Below, in pieces: positions 44,801 to 49,189 of a stretch of DNA of 49,189 nucleotides. The stretch is from Thraustochytrium aureum. Taxonomy: Eukaryota. A program made the translations under genes and the position numbers. Position 1 is the stretch's first letter, and each line of letters begins with the position of its first letter. The stretch lies in assembly GCA_012862495.1 (NCBI GenBank), contig BLSG01000143.1, positions 1-49,189 of the forward strand. Direction: 5' to 3'. The notes beneath the pieces were generated by a model. That model worked only from the letters and a program-made list of their open reading frames with translations. It was not told the DNA's origin and did not search any database.

Positions 44801-47769
44801 GCGAAGACCGTGAGGTTTGCGAGCTCGAAAGAATGAGCTGGAACGTGACAGACGTTGCGTTTGCAGGGAGAGAGCCGCCGACTGCTACGTAGTGCTCGGC
44901 GCAGTCGAGCGTCTCTGCGATGAACGAAGTGCCAGCTGCCGAGAAGTTGCTGAAAGTCTCGAGGAGTTTGTGGGAGTTCTCGGTTATGTTCCAGAGCTTG
45001 AGTTGAGGACTTGCGCCGAGCAGGAGAGAGATCACAACATTTCCGACATCCCCGAGCTCTGCCACGCACAGCCTGGCTTTGCCTGTCTCTCCGCTGTGTG
45101 CAACTTGCCCTTTGGAGATCATCTTGGGCACACCAGTCAATGGCCAGTGCCACGATGCCATGATGCCACCAGAGTCAATTGCGGCATGCAGATTGCCAAG
45201 GTCAGCAGACTCGAGCTAGCTGGCCAGAACACGTGTGACTCCCAATTCTGGGTTGCTGTGCCGGTCGGGGTAGGCGTTCCTNNNNNNNNNNNNNNNNNNN
45301 NNNNNNNNNNNNNNNNNNNNNNNNNNNNNNNNNNNNNNNNNNNNNNNNNNNNNNNNNNNNNNNNNNNNNNNNNNNNNNNNNNNNNNNNNNNNNNNNNNNN
45401 NNNNNNNNNNNNNNNNNNNNNNNNNNNNNNNNNNNNNNNNNNNNNNNNNNNNNNNNNNNNNNNNNNNNNNNNNNNNNNNNNNNNNNNNNNNNNNNNNNNN
45501 NNNNNNNNNNNNNNNNNNNNNNNNNNNNNNNNNNNNNNNNNNNNNNNNNNNNNNNNNNNNNNNNNNNNNNNNNNNNNNNNNNNNNNNNNNNNNNNNNNNN
45601 NNNNNNNNNNNNNNNNNNNNNNNNNNNNNNNNNNNNNNNNNNNNNNNNNNNNNNNNNNNNNNNNNNNNNNNNNNNNNNNNNNNNNNNNNNNNNNNNNNNN
45701 NNNNNNNNNNNNNNNNNNNNNNNNNNNNNNNNNNNNNNNNNNNNNNNNNNNNNNNNNNNNNNNNNNNNNNNNNNNNNNNNNNNNNNNNNNNNNNNNNNNN
45801 NNNNNNNNNNNNNNNNNNNNNNNNNNNNNNNNNNNNNNNNNNNNNNNNNNNNNNNNNNNNNNNNNNNNNNNNNNNNNNNNNNNNNNNNNNNNNNNNNNNN
45901 NNNNNNNNNNNNNNNNNNNNNNNNNNNNNNNNNNNNNNNNNNNNNNNNNNNNNNNNNNNNNNNNNNNNNNNNNNNNNNNNNNNNNNNNNNNNNNNNNNNN
46001 NNNNNNNNNNNNNNNNNNNNNNNNNNNNNNNNNNNNNNNNNNNNNNNNNNNNNNNNNNNNNNNNNNNNNNNNNNNNNNNNNNNNNNNNNNNNNNNNNNNN
46101 NNNNNNNNNNNNNNNNNNNNNNNNNNNNNNNNNNNNNNNNNNNNNNAAGGTTGACCGCAATGCACTTTTGGTGAATCGAAGGCGTTTGCGAGGTGGACTT
46201 GTGCCCCGCGCGGCGGGCGTCGTCTGTGTATAGCTTTTCAGCCACGATGCCGGTGTTGCAGAACCCGCCCTGGTCGCCACCAATTTCCTGTCTCGGCATC
46301 AACAGCGATCGGACATCGAGGCGAGCGCGAGGGGGCAGGGCACGAACGGAGTTGGCGTCAACCACCTCAGGTGTGCCCCCTTCGTGCGTGCAGACGACCT
46401 CAAGGACGATTCCGGAGATTTGATCCTCGATCTTCCACGTTGTCTCGGCAATGTTGTTGAGCGAGATCTCGATCGCAAAGTCGGTAAACCCAGGCGAGGA
46501 CACCGCCTGCATGGCGAATGCCTGCGCATCTGCGGAGAGGGGGCCGACGTCGGCCGACGTCACAGTGCTCTGGGACTGGAGGAGATGCTTGCGCGGGTCG
46601 AACTGGAAGCAGTTTGGCGCGTTTAGGACGAAGCTGTTGCGCGTTCCAAGGCCCTCGTTTACTTGACTCGTTACGTTGACCGCAGTGATAACGCCACGTT
46701 CGCCTAGCTCGAGCGTCACTTGGACGATGCCTCCGCCCGCAAGCGTGCGTTCGTACATCCGCATTGTGGGGGCTGGCGCGTTCTTGTCGGGCTGGCACGG
46801 CGACCCGCTCTCAAGCACGTTTGAGAAGCGATCTTGCTTCCACTTGCACTTGGAACCGCCTTTGCCAGCCGGGCCGACGCAGAGTGCCTCAGAGTGTTTG
46901 CACATGTTTTTCCCGCTGGGAATTCGGCTATCGCAGACTACCCACTCGTCCTCGACAATCGAGCCCGAAGGCGTCGTGACGCCGCAGACCGGGTCGCCCA
47001 CACAGTAGCAGTTCTGGCAGCACTGTCCGGGTTTGTACAGGCTCTCGAGCTCAAGCCAGAGCGTGAGGTGGTCGAGCGCAGTCGGCTCGCAATCCTCGGT
47101 CTCGCAGAACGCTGCGCTCATTTCAAACAATCTGCTCATCACCTGACCCGTCGCCAGCGCTGTTCGGCTCGTGCCGAAAGCATCGGTCAACTCGAAAGAG
47201 TTGCAGCACTCGACGGTCCCCGAACGGTTCCGTTTCCATGCCCGACTGGCAGCACCTCCTGTTCGGCTGTTGCACCACAGCGCGAAANNNNNNNNNNNNN
47301 NNNNNNNNNNNNNNNNNNNNNNNNNNNNNNNNNNNNNNNNNNNNNNNNNNNNNNNNNNNNNNNNNNNNNNNNNNNNNNNNNNNNNNNNNNNNNNNNNNNN
47401 NNNNNNNNNNNNNNNNNNNNNNNNNNNNNNNNNNNNNNNNNNNNNNNNNNNNNNNNNNNNNNNNNNNNNNNNNNNNNNNNNNNNNNNNNNNNNNNNNNNN
47501 NNNNNNNNNNNNNNNNNNNNNNNNNNNNNNNNNNNNNNNNNNNNNNNNNNNNNNNNNNNNNNNNNNNNNNNNNNNNNNNNNNNNNNNNNNNNNNNNNNNN
47601 NNNNNNNNNNNNNNNNNNNNNNNNNNNNNNNNNNNNNNNNNNNNNNNNNNNNNNNNNNNNNNNNNNNNNNNNNNNNNNNNNNCGAACTGTCGCAGGTCGC
47701 GAGCTGTGACACGCCAAGCTGGCCAGCCGCAGCGGCGAGAAGCGCGACGAGGGCTCCGGGCCCTTTCAT
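41809..47769 (-). CDS. Very large secreted cysteine-rich protein with two homologous VWD-like modules; three gaps and probable 1-nt frameshifts at ~45217 and ~42980
   Basis: Signal peptide MKGPGALVALLAAAAGQLGVSQLA. Module 1 CCQNCYCVGDPVC...WVVCDSR...GSPCQ...ERGVIT...GGFC; module 2 CCRWCSCWGDPEC...WVVCDAR...GSPCQ...ERGVIT...GGFC. It could be two tandem genes because gap 45282-46146 hides the junction. Confidence 0.7.
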
Positions 47770-49146
47770 CCTGCTGGTATCTGGCCAAACGGCCCGCGCC
47801 CAGCTCTTGCAAAACCAATGCTTGTCCGTGCGCACAGGCCTTCGTCGTCCTTGGTGGTCTTCGATTGCAGGTCTGCAAGCGCTCGACTCACAACCGAGCC
47901 ATCGTGAATGAATGAAGCTGGCTGGATGCTGAGTTCAAATCAAAAGCCGGGCATCCATTGCCAAGATCCAGCATCGCACGCCCTTGACTCGGCCACACGT
48001 GCGGCTGGGCTCCCGCTTACCCTTCACTGCCCGTGCGTGACGTCGCGTGGTTCGCTCACACAGCGTGTGTGTGAGGCCACACCACGCAGGCTCTGGAATC
48101 CGGATACTTCACACCAAGGTCACGCACGCATCATGGTCTGCAACTCGGAAGCGGTAGGATGTCTTGAAAGCCTCGTTGGTGAGCGGGTCTGCCTCCTAGT
48201 GTTGGGATTCTTGGGAAGCAATCACATGATTGGTTGAGCATGAATCAGGAGGCAAACTGCGCCATCAAGGGGGCCATCACGCCGTGCGGCAGCCCATCAA
48301 TTGCAGCGTGGCAGTGTCAGCCTGAGCAGGAGTCTTCAAAAGCCCCTTTTTTATCGAGAAAGAAGGCGACCGATAACCAATCTTTTCGCCAACAAAGTAT
48401 AGGATGAGCTCGCCAGCGGATGGACTCAAAGAGATGCGGAGCTCTCGGTGCCGCAGCTTCGAGTTGTATACGGACACGGACAACGCGTGCACTGCGAGCA
48501 GATGACTGGCAGCGCGAGTCATCTCCGTGCTGCGAGCGGCGCGCTCGATCTTTTGCACCGCTGAAGGCAAGGAGGAAGGCTCGGATTCGCGGCCTCCAAC
48601 CTGCCGCTGCGCGTGGGATGATCATCCTATCAGTTTTGGTTGAGGAAAGACCTCATGGCCTGGGGGTTTAGTGGAGCTCTCGAGCAGAGAGGGCCACCTC
48701 TGCCAACTCGGGCTCCCCTTCCTCGTCGTGCGTGCTCTGCAGCAGAGCCAAAACATGGCAGCCCCAAGTTGCCAAGAAAAACCAAGCTCGCAACCAAGTT
48801 GTCGCAACCAAGTGGCAGTGGGGAAGGAGCAAGACTCGCGAGTTGAGTCGCAACCAAGGAGGATCCTCCGTGCCGCAACCAGCGAGCATCGGGCGGGCCT
48901 GATCGGGCGCGACCCTGTGCTGAACTGCTGACGAGTACCTAGCAGTACGGAGTCGCCTCCGACGCGCGTCAGGAGCCCCGCCTTCGTTGCGCGGGTTTCG
49001 AGCTGCAGAGCAGGCTTGCGTCGCGCCCGGGGACAGAGCAGAAAAGCGAAGCGGGCGCTTGCACAGACGAGCTCGGGCGCAGCGCAGGCCGAGTTTGCTG
49101 GGGCCTTGCTGCCGAGGAGCGGCCAGCCAAAGAGGACGACTACTTA

Positions 49147-49189
49147 TCGTATAAACCTTTTGGTATAATGTATGCTATACGAAGTTATT
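49147..49189 (+). other. 454 Titanium paired-end linker (loxP-containing) library artefact at the scaffold end
   Basis: tcgtataaaccttttggtataatgtatgctatacgaagttatt aligns to the linker TCGTATAACTTCGTATAATGTATGCTATACGAAGTTATTACG, with homopolymer-type errors in the left arm. The loxP spacer ATGTATGC and right arm TATACGAAGTTAT are perfect. Confidence 0.92.

Noticed and set aside
48277..48931. Short ORFs and repeated tcgcaaccaag motif near the end
   Set aside because: No recognisable product, and the motif occurs only about three times, irregularly spaced.
49147..49189. Natural Cre/lox or phage P1 recombination site
   Set aside because: It matches the 454 paired-end linker including flanks, sits at the very end of the scaffold, and no recombinase is nearby.

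Overview
Eukaryotic, GC-rich, gene-dense draft scaffold with many N gaps. It is probably from a flagellated protist. A thraustochytrid/labyrinthulomycete stramenopile is my inference from gene content and style, not something I can prove here. Genes are intron-poor, and the introns I could splice by hand are 71-128 nt with GTAAGT/GTGAGT/GTACGT donors and CTGAC/CTAAC branch motifs. Recognisable genes: MDR oxidoreductase, standalone aspartate carbamoyltransferase, RluA-type pseudouridine synthase, mitochondrial uS9, cytosolic uL4, CFAP58, RPN11, an ankyrin-PP2C fusion, a TmcB/C-like PAS membrane protein, an HSL-family esterase, PPC decarboxylase, SEC13, a CEP164-like WW protein and a giant secreted Cys-rich protein. 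The last 43 nt are a garbled 454 Titanium paired-end (loxP) linker, which together with several single-base frameshifts at homopolymers points to pyrosequencing error rather than pseudogenes. The best candidate for something undescribed is a large spliced gene (about 21214 to below 17653, minus strand). Its core resembles a pogo/Tigger (CENP-B-like HTH + DDE_1) transposase with all three catalytic aspartates replaced, it is flanked by coiled coils, and it lies next to a ~182-bp satellite with a dimeric higher-order pattern. All family assignments are by-eye motif recognition; no searches were run.
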